A stretch of DNA of 64,000 nucleotides from Dehalococcoidia bacterium (GTDB lineage: Bacteria; Chloroflexota; Dehalococcoidia; GIF9; AB-539-J10). The stretch covers positions 82,722 through 146,721 of the forward strand of contig JAUWYX010000002.1 in the NCBI GenBank assembly GCA_030615625.1. Reading direction: 5' to 3'. The notes under the pieces are model-generated. The model was not told the origin of the DNA, searched no databases, and saw only the letters and a list, made by a program, of their open reading frames with translations. This document shows positions 29,834 to 39,581 of this stretch, in pieces. Both the position numbers and the translations under genes were made by a program. Positions within the stretch are counted from its first letter, which is position 1. Every line of letters starts with the position of its first letter.

Positions 29834-31018
29834 GTGAAATATTGCGTTTTAATAATTGATGGAGCATCAGGTTGGCCATTGGCTGCTCATGGTGGGAGGA
29901 CTTGCCTGGAGCTGGCGCATACTCCGAACATGGATGCTATGGCAAAGGCGGGTGCTGTCGGGCTGCTTCGCACCGTGCCGCCGGGGATGGAACCTAGCAG
30001 CGCCTGTGCCTGTATGTCCGTGCTGGGTTATGACCCTCAGGTATATTACCAAGGCCGGAGCGCCATTGAGGCTCGTGGCATGGGCGTTCCTATTAACAAA
30101 GGAGAGATCGTTTTTCGCTGCAATTTGGTAGCCGTTCGCAACGGGAGAATGTGGAGCTATAGTTGCGGGCATATCAGTACTGGCGAAGGCCGAGCTCTTA
30201 TCGCTAGTTTGAATGAAAAGCTTGGCAGCGATAAAGTGCATTTCTATCCTGGTGTGAGCTATAGACATATATGTAAGATAAAAGGGAAGGAAGATGCCCT
30301 CCTGGCTAGCTGTACTCCACCGCATGATATTCCCGACAAAGCTATTGACGAATTTCTTCCCAAAGGGCCTGGGAGCGACCTGTTAAGAGAGCTTATGGCA
30401 CGCTCTGAGCTTGTGCTTCGTGACCATCCTGTGAATATGGAGCGAGGAGCACGCGGCGATATTCCAGCTACCATGGTCTGGCTTTTCTGGAGTAGTGGTA
30501 AAATACCTGATATGCCAGCCTTCAAAGAGGTCTATGGACTCGATGCTGCTATAACGTCCGGAGTGGATATTATGCGGGGCTTAGCCCGAATGACAGGTAT
30601 GCGGGTGATGGATATTTCCGGTGTGACCGGCGGTCTGGACAACGATTACGTTGCTCAGACAATTGGTGCCCTGGAAGCACTTGGGGAATATGATATGGTG
30701 GTTATTCATGTGGAAGCAACCGATGAGTCGGCCCATGCCGGCCTAGTTAAGGACAAAATAGAGGCCATTCAGAGCGTGGATAAAGAGGTTGTGAGTCGGC
30801 TTCGTTCCTGGAACAGGGATGCCCTCCGGGTGCTAATTCTGCCTGACCACTCCACGCCGATCAAGATTCAGACCCATGTTGCTGACCCCGTTCCATTTAT
30901 ACTCTGGGGGCCGGGATTCACAGCTAGTGGGGCAAAGAGATTTACCGAAGCAGAGGCTAAAGGCACAGGCTTTTTTGTCGAAGAAGGATATAGTATTATG
31001 GGCAGGCTGATAGAGTAA
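29834..31018 (+). CDS. apgM: Cofactor-independent phosphoglycerate mutase, archaeal type (ApgM; alkaline-phosphatase superfamily)
   Basis: VKYCVLIIDGASGWPLAAHGGRTCLELAHTPNMDAMA matches the ApgM N-terminus (MKYxxLIxDGxAD). GTG start at 29834 after a GAGGCAAGG RBS. The longer ORF from 29642 would overlap the tRNA. Confidence 0.7.
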   Translation: MKYCVLIIDGASGWPLAAHGGRTCLELAHTPNMDAMAKAGAVGLLRTVPPGMEPSSACACMSVLGYDPQVYYQGRSAIEARGMGVPINKGEIVFRCNLVAVRNGRMWSYSCGHISTGEGRALIASLNEKLGSDKVHFYPGVSYRHICKIKGKEDALLASCTPPHDIPDKAIDEFLPKGPGSDLLRELMARSELVLRDHPVNMERGARGDIPATMVWLFWSSGKIPDMPAFKEVYGLDAAITSGVDIMRGLARMTGMRVMDISGVTGGLDNDYVAQTIGALEALGEYDMVVIHVEATDESAHAGLVKDKIEAIQSVDKEVVSRLRSWNRDALRVLILPDHSTPIKIQTHVADPVPFILWGPGFTASGAKRFTEAEAKGTGFFVEEGYSIMGRLIE

Positions 31019-31032
31019 ATAAAGGTGAAGAG

Positions 31033-32253
31033 ATGGCACTGATAGTTCAGAAGTATGGTGGCAGCTCGGTGGCTGATGCCGAGAAGATTAAAAATGTAGC
31101 TCGCCGTATTGCTAAAGCAAAAGACGAAGGAAATCAAGTGGTGGTCGTTGTTTCGGCCATGGGACACACCACCGATAACTTGATTAAATTAGCTTACCAG
31201 GTTAATGAACAGCCTGGTGATAGGGAGCTTGATGTTCTTTTGTCCACTGGGGAGATAGTTTCCAGTACCCTTTTAGCCCTGGCTTTGGAGAGTTTGGGGT
31301 GCAAGGCAGTCAGCCTTACCGGCGCTCAGGCAGGCATCCAGACTGATTCTAGTTACAGTCGAGCTCGGATTCTCCGCGTCGACACGAAACGAGTGGTCAG
31401 TGAGTTAGAAAAGGGGAATATTGCCATTGTGGCTGGGTTTCAGGGCGTGACTCAAGAAATGGATATTACCACTTTGGGTCGTGGTGGTTCCGATACGACG
31501 GCAGTTGCTCTCGCTGCCAGCTTGAGTGCCGAGATATGCCAGATATATACTGATGTCGAAGGTGTCTATACTGCTGACCCACACCTTATTCCCGGAGCCA
31601 GGAAATTAAAGGACATTGGCTATGAAGAGATGTTAGAGCTGGCTAGCTATGGAGCCAGGGTAATGCATAACAGAGCAGTGGAATTGGGAGAGTTGTATAA
31701 TGTGCCTATCTTGGTGGCTTCTAGCTTTAGCGACAGCCCTGGTACCATTATTTGTAAGGAGGCCTCTATGGAAGTAAAAAACAAGGCAAGGGGTATTGCC
31801 TATGATACCAATGTGTCTAAAGTCACCGTCGTTGGTGTCCCCGACCATCCTGGCATTGCTGCGGCAATCTTTGAGCCCCTGGCTAGAGCAAATATAAGTG
31901 TAGATACCATCGTCCAGAATGCCAGCATTAACAATATTACTGATCTCACGTTTACGGTGGCGCGGAGTGATTTGCTTAAGGCAATGTCCATCGTGGAGCC
32001 AGTGGTTAAATCTGTGGGGGGTAAGCAATGTGTCACCGACTCCACATTGGCCAAAGTTAGCATCGTAGGTACTGGCATGCAAAATACACCGGGCTATGCC
32101 GCCAGAATGTTTCGCGTTCTTTATGAACAGGGCATCAACATCCAGTTAATTACCACCTCCGAAATAAGGATAACCTGTATTCTCTCTGAGGATAAGGTTA
32201 AGGATGCTGTTCAAGCATTGCATCAAGCTTTTGAGCTAGAGAAAGAAACTTGA
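31033..32253 (+). CDS. lysC: Aspartate kinase
   Basis: MALIVQKYGGSSVADAEKI N-terminus, and two C-terminal ACT domains. Confidence 0.9.
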   Translation: MALIVQKYGGSSVADAEKIKNVARRIAKAKDEGNQVVVVVSAMGHTTDNLIKLAYQVNEQPGDRELDVLLSTGEIVSSTLLALALESLGCKAVSLTGAQAGIQTDSSYSRARILRVDTKRVVSELEKGNIAIVAGFQGVTQEMDITTLGRGGSDTTAVALAASLSAEICQIYTDVEGVYTADPHLIPGARKLKDIGYEEMLELASYGARVMHNRAVELGELYNVPILVASSFSDSPGTIICKEASMEVKNKARGIAYDTNVSKVTVVGVPDHPGIAAAIFEPLARANISVDTIVQNASINNITDLTFTVARSDLLKAMSIVEPVVKSVGGKQCVTDSTLAKVSIVGTGMQNTPGYAARMFRVLYEQGINIQLITTSEIRITCILSEDKVKDAVQALHQAFELEKET

Positions 32254-32285
32254 CAATCTTGGCTTGACATCATAAGTATAAGGTT

Positions 32286-33170
32286 ATGGAAATGTATATA
32301 GCCTCCTACCAACAGGAAGAGGAAGAAAAGGCTCGATTAAGGCAACGACTGAGCAAGGAAGCCATAGATTTAGCCCTTCAGGGTAGGTGGGAGGAGGCTG
32401 AAGCGGTAAACAAGGACATAATTGAGAGATTTCCTACTGATGTCGAGGCTTATAATCGCGTTGGCCGAGCTTTGACAAAGTTAGGGGATTTTGGCCGAGC
32501 TAAGGAAGCCTATTTTAAGGCTCTGGAGCTTGCCCCTGAGAATGCTATTGCTAAGAAAAATGTTGCCCGTTTAACTAACTTGTCAGAGTCTATGGCGACC
32601 TTGAGTAGCGACCCTCAGAAAGCTTCGACCCGAAGAGCTCAAGCTCGAAGAGTTGCTCTTGACCTTTTCATAACTGAGATGGGCAAGGCTGGGGTGGTTA
32701 ATCTTCATAATGTGGCTCCAGGCGAGGTCCTAGCTAAGATGGGGTTTGGTGACCAAGTGCACTTGGAAGCAAGAGGGCAGCACCTGGTTGTGGTGAGTCA
32801 GAGTGGAGAATATTTGGGCGAGGTGGAGCCGAGACAGGGATTGCGCCTCATCAAACTAATGCTAGGTGGAAATAGATACGATGCGGCAATTCTCAATGTA
32901 GAAGAAGATAAAGTACAGGTTATTATTAAAGAGGTGTATCAACATCCCAGCCAAGTGGGACGTCCCTCCTTTCTTGTTAAAGCTACAGAGCACCTGCGCA
33001 CGCGTATTAAAGAAAGCCTCCTCAGGCGAGGAATCATTACTGATGAAAGTGAGGCCTCGCCTGAGCTTGGATATCTCGAGGAAGAAGAAGATCTTGGCCC
33101 CGAAGAGGAATCTTTGCCTGAAGGTTTCACCGTCGTTGGTGAAGATGGTGAGAGAGGAATTGAGATTTGA
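32286..33170 (+). CDS. TPR-repeat protein of unknown function
   Basis: N-terminal region with TPR-like helices ([52 protein letters not shown]) and an acidic C-terminus. The stop overlaps the gyrA start. Confidence 0.5.
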   Translation: MEMYIASYQQEEEEKARLRQRLSKEAIDLALQGRWEEAEAVNKDIIERFPTDVEAYNRVGRALTKLGDFGRAKEAYFKALELAPENAIAKKNVARLTNLSESMATLSSDPQKASTRRAQARRVALDLFITEMGKAGVVNLHNVAPGEVLAKMGFGDQVHLEARGQHLVVVSQSGEYLGEVEPRQGLRLIKLMLGGNRYDAAILNVEEDKVQVIIKEVYQHPSQVGRPSFLVKATEHLRTRIKESLLRRGIITDESEASPELGYLEEEEDLGPEEESLPEGFTVVGEDGERGIEI

Positions 33171-35602
33171 TGGAAGCCGCAATAGTAAAGCCTATTGATA
33201 TCGAAGAGGAGATGAAAAGCTCCTATCTAGACTATGCGATGAGTGTCATCGTCTCCCGAGCCCTGCCTGATGTACGTGATGGCTTGAAGCCAGTGCAGCG
33301 ACGTGTTTTGTACGCTATGGATGGCTTGGGGTTACGATACAACAGTCCATACAAAAAGAGTGCCCGCATTGTTGGTGAAGTCATGGGGAAGTATCATCCC
33401 CATGGAGATTCCCCGATATATGAAGCTATGGTACGCATGGCTCAGGATTTTTCTCTGAGATATCCCTTAGTTGATGGGCAGGGTAATTTTGGCAGCGTTG
33501 ACAATGATCCACCAGCGGCAATGAGGTATACCGAAGCTCGCCTTTCCAAAATTGCCGAGGAAATGTTAGTTGACATCGAAAAAGATACCGTCGCCTTTGT
33601 TCCCAACTTCGATGATTCTCTCCAGGAACCCTCTGTCTTGCCCGCCAAGTTGCCTAATTTACTAGCTAGTGGCTCTTCAGGCATAGCTGTGGGAATGACG
33701 ACAAACATCCCTCCTCATAACTTAGACGAGATATGTGATGCCATTGTCTATCTAATTGACAATCCCCAAGCCACTGTAGAGGAACTAATGGAGTTGGTCA
33801 AAGGTCCCGATTTTCCCACTGGCGGGATAATTTGGGGGAAAGGGGGCATAGACAATGCTTATACTACAGGGCAAGGAAAAATTATACTCCGCGCTAAAGC
33901 CAACGAACTGACTAGCAAGGGGGGCAAGAGACAAATAGTTGTTACTGAACTTCCCTATCAGGTAAACAAAGCAGCTTTGGTAGAGAGGATAGCTGAGCTG
34001 GTTAAAGTGAAGAAAATTTCGGGGATAGCCGAGGTGCGTGATGAGTCGGATAGGGAAGGCATGCGCATTGTTATCGAACTCAAAAAAGAAGCACAACCTC
34101 GACAGGTACTTAATAACCTCTACAAGTATACTGCGATGCAATCTGCCTTTTACATCAATATGGTTGCTTTGGTTAATGGACAACCTAAAGTAATTAATCT
34201 TAAAGAGGCGCTAACTTCTTACATTGACTTTCGTTCTCAAGTCATTACCAGGAGGTCTCAGTTTGAACTTGATAAGGCAAAGGATAGGGCTCACATCCTC
34301 GAGGGCTTCAGAATTGCCCTAAACAATATGGAGCAGGTGATCAAGATTATTCGACAGTCTCAAACCGTAGAGTCCGCTCGTGCCAATCTAATGGCAGCTT
34401 TTACTCTGTCACAGATTCAAGCGCAAGCTATCCTTGATATGCCGCTTCGTAGATTGGCTAAGCTAGAGCAAGACAAAATAACTGAGGAATATGCCGCTGT
34501 GATAAAGAGTATTTCCTATCTTGAGGATTTGTTAGCTAACCCTCGGAAAGTATTATCACTTGTTGCCCAGGATGCCGAGGAGCTTAAATCCAAGTATGGT
34601 GATTCCCGGCGGACCATAGTGGAAGCAGAAGAAATCGAAGAATTTCGTACGGAAGACCTTGTTCCCCATGAGGCAATGGTAGTTACCTTGACTAACAGGG
34701 GGTTCATTAAAAGAATTCCTGCCAGCACTTATCGGCTGCAACACCGTGGCGGAAAAGGCGTCATGGGAATGGTAACCCGGGGTGGCGATACAGTGAACCA
34801 CGTCTTGGTAGCTGACACCCATGATAATCTCCTTTTCTTTACCAGCACTGGTAAGGTTTACTGTCTTAAGTGCTACGAGATTCCCGAGGATTCATCCCGC
34901 ACGGCCAAAGGGATAGCCCTGGTTAATTTATTGCCTATTGACTTGAAAGACGAAGTAACTGTGTTGTTAGCCCTGGCAAGCTTTCCTTCAGACAAGTTCT
35001 TATTAATGGCCACTAAGGGTGGCGTGATAAAAAAGACTACACTGAGCAAATTTGCTTCGATAAGGAGGAATGGCATTATTGCTATGGGGCTCAGAAATGA
35101 AGATAAGCTGATCTCGTCCGGTGTAGTTGCTGATGAAGATGAGGTCATCCTGGTAAGTCGAAATGGGCAGGCTATGAGATTTAAGGTCAAAAGCTTGAGG
35201 ACTGCGTCTCGAACTAGTGGCGGTGTCCGTGGCATTCGTCTTGTTGACGATTATGTTGTTGGTATGGACATTGTCCTTCCCGATGCTTATGTGCTCACAG
35301 TGACCGAAAAGGGTTTTGGCAAGCTGACCCCGATAAAAAATTATCCTGTTCACAATAGGGGAGGCAAGGGGGTGAGGGCTTATAGGGTTGGCCCGAAAAC
35401 GGGTAATCTAGCTGTGTCCAAGCTTGTTTTCTCGCAAGGCTCCCTGGTGATGTTATCAGCCAGGGGCAACGTGGTGAACATTCCTATGGAGCAGGTCTCA
35501 ATTCAGGGCAGGGGTGGCCGGGGAGCCAGGCTAATGGGCTTAGCCGAAGGTGATAGCGTGGTTTCGGCCACCTGGGTTTTCCGGCACGATGAAATCCTGT
35601 GA
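33170..35602 (+). CDS. gyrA: DNA gyrase subunit A
   Basis: [29 protein letters not shown] active-site region and C-terminal beta-pinwheel repeats. Confidence 0.9.
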   Translation: MEAAIVKPIDIEEEMKSSYLDYAMSVIVSRALPDVRDGLKPVQRRVLYAMDGLGLRYNSPYKKSARIVGEVMGKYHPHGDSPIYEAMVRMAQDFSLRYPLVDGQGNFGSVDNDPPAAMRYTEARLSKIAEEMLVDIEKDTVAFVPNFDDSLQEPSVLPAKLPNLLASGSSGIAVGMTTNIPPHNLDEICDAIVYLIDNPQATVEELMELVKGPDFPTGGIIWGKGGIDNAYTTGQGKIILRAKANELTSKGGKRQIVVTELPYQVNKAALVERIAELVKVKKISGIAEVRDESDREGMRIVIELKKEAQPRQVLNNLYKYTAMQSAFYINMVALVNGQPKVINLKEALTSYIDFRSQVITRRSQFELDKAKDRAHILEGFRIALNNMEQVIKIIRQSQTVESARANLMAAFTLSQIQAQAILDMPLRRLAKLEQDKITEEYAAVIKSISYLEDLLANPRKVLSLVAQDAEELKSKYGDSRRTIVEAEEIEEFRTEDLVPHEAMVVTLTNRGFIKRIPASTYRLQHRGGKGVMGMVTRGGDTVNHVLVADTHDNLLFFTSTGKVYCLKCYEIPEDSSRTAKGIALVNLLPIDLKDEVTVLLALASFPSDKFLLMATKGGVIKKTTLSKFASIRRNGIIAMGLRNEDKLISSGVVADEDEVILVSRNGQAMRFKVKSLRTASRTSGGVRGIRLVDDYVVGMDIVLPDAYVLTVTEKGFGKLTPIKNYPVHNRGGKGVRAYRVGPKTGNLAVSKLVFSQGSLVMLSARGNVVNIPMEQVSIQGRGGRGARLMGLAEGDSVVSATWVFRHDEIL

Positions 35603-35772
35603 GCAAAATTTACCCTTCGCGTTCTTGTGATTCTGGCTCCTTTGCTTCTTGTCATTCCGAGTGTAATGAAAAATCTAGCCCCTCCACTAACGCTCAGGGC
35701 GACAAAACGCCTCAAAGGACTATTGACACATTCGTAATATATAATATAGATTTGTAGCATAAGGAGGTGAAT

Positions 35773-36213
35773 ATGTTCTGCTCTCAATGTGGCGCGGAAA
35801 ATCCCGAGAGGGCTAAGTTTTGCTCCAAGTGTGGCGCCGGGCTTGGTGTTGCGGCAATGCCAACTGAAGGTGCGGCTAAACCCGAAGCGGAGAGTAGCAC
35901 AGGTTTGTCAGCCAATGTTGCCGGACTTCTTTGCTACGTGGTTGCCTGGGTAACGGGGATAGTTTTCGTAGTGCTGGAAAAGAAGAGCACCTTCGTTAAA
36001 TTCCATGCCTGGCAATCCATTATGACCTTCGGGGTATTAACCGTAGCCAATCTTATCTTGCGCTGGATTCCCTTTGTTGGCTGGATCCTGGAGATACTTA
36101 TTGGGATCTTGATGTTTGTCTTGTGGCTTATCCTTATCATCCAGGCAGGCACGGGCAAGATGTGGAAGGTGCCCTGGGCAGGCGACTGGGCTGAGAAGCA
36201 AATCAGCAAGTAA
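35773..36213 (+). CDS. Zinc-ribbon / membrane protein (zinc-ribbon N-terminus plus DUF4870-like TM domain)
   Basis: MFCSQCGAENPERAKFCSKCG zinc ribbon followed by three hydrophobic helices. ATG at 35773 after AAGGAGGTG. Confidence 0.5.
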   Translation: MFCSQCGAENPERAKFCSKCGAGLGVAAMPTEGAAKPEAESSTGLSANVAGLLCYVVAWVTGIVFVVLEKKSTFVKFHAWQSIMTFGVLTVANLILRWIPFVGWILEILIGILMFVLWLILIIQAGTGKMWKVPWAGDWAEKQISK

Positions 36214-36439
36214 AAGTTTTTAAAGACCCGGTGCCCCAAGCCCGATAAATCAGGCAGCTACGGCCAGCTCTTTAGCGTCGCCGCTGTAGAGTTCTGCCTC
36301 GGGAAATTCTGCTTCTGTTATTCCATTGTACTATAGGCAGCCGCTGCATGTGCTGTAAAAAATTGATATGTTACTCGTGCTATGGCGCAAAAATCTCCTT
36401 TAGAGATTAAGTGGAGGGTGGTATAATAAGATTTAATAT

Positions 36440-38041
36440 ATGGGTTCTGAGGTTTTTTACCGCAAGTGGCGGCCACAGACCTTAAGCGAGGTGCTGGGAC
36501 AAGAGCCTGTGACTCAGACTCTGCGTCATGCTGTAGAGGGTGGGAAGATAGCTCATGCTTATCTTTTTTGCGGTCCACGAGGTACAGGCAAAACCAGCAC
36601 GGCACGCATCTTAGCCAAAGCAGCCAACTGTCCTAATCAAGCAGGTGGCGAGCCGTGCAATGCTTGCGATATGTGTCGTTCAATCACCGAGGGCAGGGCT
36701 TTGGATGTAATAGAGATAGATGCCGCCAGCAATCGTGGCATTGACGAAATCCGTAGCCTGAGGGAAAAGGCAAATTACGCCCCCAGCCTTGCTCGCTACA
36801 AGGTATATATTATAGACGAAGTCCACATGCTTACCGAGGCAGCTTGCAATGCCTTGTTGAAGACGTTGGAGGAGCCACCCGGGCATGTAATTTTTGTTTT
36901 AGCTACCACGGAAGCGCACAAGGTGATAGCCACCATAGTATCGAGATGTCAGCGGTTTAATTTCCATCGCCTGCGGCAAACCGAGATAATGGATAAACTC
37001 AAGCTAATATGCGAGAAGGAGGGAATTCATATTGAGCCTGATTCCTTAAGGCTTATTGCTCGTGCTGCTACCGGCAGCCTCCGAGATGCTGAAAATATTT
37101 TACAACAGATGATTGCTTACTATGGCAATCAAATTGAGCTTGATCAGGTTCAATCGGAGCTTGGCATCGGCCGGGATTCACGAGTTAGACAACTAGCACG
37201 ATGTGTGGTCAGTAGGGATGTGGCTGCTGGGCTAAAAGTTATAAATAGCCTCAATAGCGATGGTGTTGACCTTCGTCAGTTTAATCTGGGCTTGGTAGAA
37301 TACCTTCGAGGATTGTTGCTGGCTAAATCCCGATGCGAAGAGGCTCTAGATGTTACCAGCGAAGACTTAGCTGAAATGGCAAGCCTTGCGACCAATGCTA
37401 CGCTGGATTATCTGCTTAAGGCAGTTAAGTCTTTCTCTAGCATAGATTTTCGAAGTGATAATTACTCCGCTTTGTCCTTAGAATTGGCTTTACTGAGTTG
37501 TGCTTTGTCTCCACCTACAGGACAAGAACAGCTAATTACAACTAAACCTTCGGAGGTAGCGGATGCTACTGAGATAACTGAGTCCTTAGAGGAAGCTGGG
37601 GTTCCTGTAGCACTGGATAGCTCTGAGATTCCAAGCGAGGTTCCTGTGGCACTGGATAGCACTGAGGTTCCAAGCGAAGAGATTTCTCAGAACATTGATT
37701 ACCTCCGTAGCCGCTGGAGGGAGTTCATTAAATCTTTGCGAGGGGAAGGTTCCAGTGGCAATTTGGATGCTTTTTTGCGTAGCGCCTGCGACCCCGTAGC
37801 TCTTGAGGATGATACACTGGTGTTAGGTTTCTATTATTCCTTCCATAAGGAGAAAATCGAAGACGCTAAATATCGACATCTGGTGGAGAAAAAGCTTAAG
37901 GAGGTCTTTGGTCGGCCCTATAAGATACGGTGTATTTTAGTTGATTATAAAAGGGAAGCCCCGTCCCAGGCAAGGACACAAAACCCGGTAATTAAAGCTG
38001 CTCTGGAAATGGGAGCCAGGATTAGTGAGGAGGAGTTGTAA
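36440..38041 (+). CDS. dnaX: DNA polymerase III subunit gamma/tau
   Basis: Clamp-loader AAA+ motifs (GPRGTGKTSTARILAKA, Walker B DEVHML, sensor SRCQRF). An extended -10 (TGGTATAAT) lies at ~36410. Confidence 0.85.
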   Translation: MGSEVFYRKWRPQTLSEVLGQEPVTQTLRHAVEGGKIAHAYLFCGPRGTGKTSTARILAKAANCPNQAGGEPCNACDMCRSITEGRALDVIEIDAASNRGIDEIRSLREKANYAPSLARYKVYIIDEVHMLTEAACNALLKTLEEPPGHVIFVLATTEAHKVIATIVSRCQRFNFHRLRQTEIMDKLKLICEKEGIHIEPDSLRLIARAATGSLRDAENILQQMIAYYGNQIELDQVQSELGIGRDSRVRQLARCVVSRDVAAGLKVINSLNSDGVDLRQFNLGLVEYLRGLLLAKSRCEEALDVTSEDLAEMASLATNATLDYLLKAVKSFSSIDFRSDNYSALSLELALLSCALSPPTGQEQLITTKPSEVADATEITESLEEAGVPVALDSSEIPSEVPVALDSTEVPSEEISQNIDYLRSRWREFIKSLRGEGSSGNLDAFLRSACDPVALEDDTLVLGFYYSFHKEKIEDAKYRHLVEKKLKEVFGRPYKIRCILVDYKREAPSQARTQNPVIKAALEMGARISEEEL

Positions 38042-38054
38042 CGAAAGGAGGTAG

Positions 38055-38360
38055 ATGGATAAATCAATATTGCGTCAAGCCCAGCAACTTCAGGCAAAGT
38101 TGGCGAAAGCCCAAGAAGAATTGGGCAGCATTACCGTGGAAGCTACCAGTGGAGGTGGTGCCGTCAAAGTGGTGCTTGATGGACACCAAAAGGTTCACTC
38201 CGTGGAGATATCTCCCGAAGCGGTAGAGGCTGGAGATGTTGAGTTACTGCAAGATTTGGTCATGGCTGCTGTTAACGAGGCTATTACCAAGTCGCAGGAG
38301 CTTGTTAATAAGCACCTCAGCAGTTTGACCGGTGGTCTCAATATACCGGGGTTACTTTAG
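38055..38360 (+). CDS. ybaB: Nucleoid-associated protein YbaB/EbfC
   Basis: 101 aa with ...QAQQLQAKLAKAQEEL... and the conserved core typical of YbaB. Conserved dnaX-ybaB-recR order. Confidence 0.85.
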   Translation: MDKSILRQAQQLQAKLAKAQEELGSITVEATSGGGAVKVVLDGHQKVHSVEISPEAVEAGDVELLQDLVMAAVNEAITKSQELVNKHLSSLTGGLNIPGLL

Positions 38361-38477
38361 GCAAAAGTTTGGAGCCGCGTCACTCTATGCCACCCGGAGC
38401 AAAGCGAAGGGTCTAAAAAGGGTTTTGGAGATTCTTTGCTGCGCTCAGAATGACAATCAGGTAAAGAGTCAGGGAAA

Positions 38478-39077
38478 ATGAGATTTGTCGCTGAGCCTAT
38501 AGCTAGATTAATTGAGGAATTAAATAAGCTGCCTGGAATCGGGCCAAAAAGTGCTAAAAGGCTGGCTTATCATCTCTTACGCAACCCTGATGAAGAAGCC
38601 AAGGCTTTAGCCGAGGCCATTTTAACACTTAAGGAAAAGATAAAGCTTTGTTCGGTTTGTTTTGACAACACTGATTGTGACCCTTGCCGCGTTTGTCAGG
38701 ATAAAGAGCGTGACCATTCTAAAATTTGTGTCGTGGAGAAACCTTCAGATATCCTTCCTTTGGAGCAGACGGGGAAATATAACGGTGTTTATCATGTGCT
38801 TCATGGAACTATCAGCCCGACAGAAGGTGTAGGGCCTGAAGAGCTAAAGATAAAGGAGCTTCTGGCTCGTCTTAAAGATGGCTCAGTAACCGAAGTGATT
38901 GTCGCAACCAATCCCAATGTAGAGAGCGAAACTATGGCTATGTATCTGCACCGGATTATCACGCCTCTGGGCTTTCGCGTCACTCGCCTGGCTCGTGGCT
39001 TGCCCTTCGGTGCTGAGTTGGAATATGCTGATGACCTAACCTTGGGGCAAGCACTGGAAAACAGGCGAGAATTCTGA
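38478..39077 (+). CDS. recR: Recombination protein RecR
   Basis: HhH motif LPGIGPKSAKRLAYHLL, C4 zinc finger CSVCFDNTDCDPCRVC, Toprim domain. Confidence 0.9.
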   Translation: MRFVAEPIARLIEELNKLPGIGPKSAKRLAYHLLRNPDEEAKALAEAILTLKEKIKLCSVCFDNTDCDPCRVCQDKERDHSKICVVEKPSDILPLEQTGKYNGVYHVLHGTISPTEGVGPEELKIKELLARLKDGSVTEVIVATNPNVESETMAMYLHRIITPLGFRVTRLARGLPFGAELEYADDLTLGQALENRREF

Positions 39078-39116
39078 CAAGGTGTACATAGCTGCACCCC
39101 GAAAATAAAACAGAAA

Positions 39117-39290
39117 TTCTGTAAGAGGTAAGTTTTCCCAAAATCTGAGGGGCCTTCTCGTTTATCAGATTAGCACTATGGGTTGGTATGAGAGGTGGCG
39201 CTCAGCCCCTATCATTCAATTTAGCGATTTTTTACCAATCCGAGAAATTCCAAAAACTCTTGATGGTGCAGACGATGTGATACAATAGTA
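39117..39290. repeat. Element 1 copy a: intergenic repeat with promoter module upstream of the beta-helix gene
   Basis: GTAAGTTTTCCCAAAATCTGAGGGGCC...TATGGGTTGGTATGAGAG...TTTTTACCAATCCGAGAAATTCCAAAAACTCTTGATGG...GTGATACAATAG. It is ~75-85% identical to the copies at 43886, 46607 and 55937. Confidence 0.6.
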
Positions 39291-39581
39291 TAAGATAGGA
39301 TCTTGCAAAACCTAAGCTGTTAATTGTCCTATGTGCTGATCGGGGGTTGAGGAAAAAAGTGACAGAATGGTGGGGAAAAGAGATTACGGGGAGCGATGAG
39401 GCGGCGCCTTTAGGTGGTCACCTGGCCGCGGGTAGCTAACGATGAAACCGACCTTTTGAAGGTCGGTTTTGTGTTTTTAGAGAGGGTGATGCTTGTCGAA
39501 CTGAAAGTTGTGCGATAGAGAGGCCCCTAGGCCTCTGGTCGAGGGGCTATAAGTCAACATAAAAGCAATAAAGGGGGAGAA

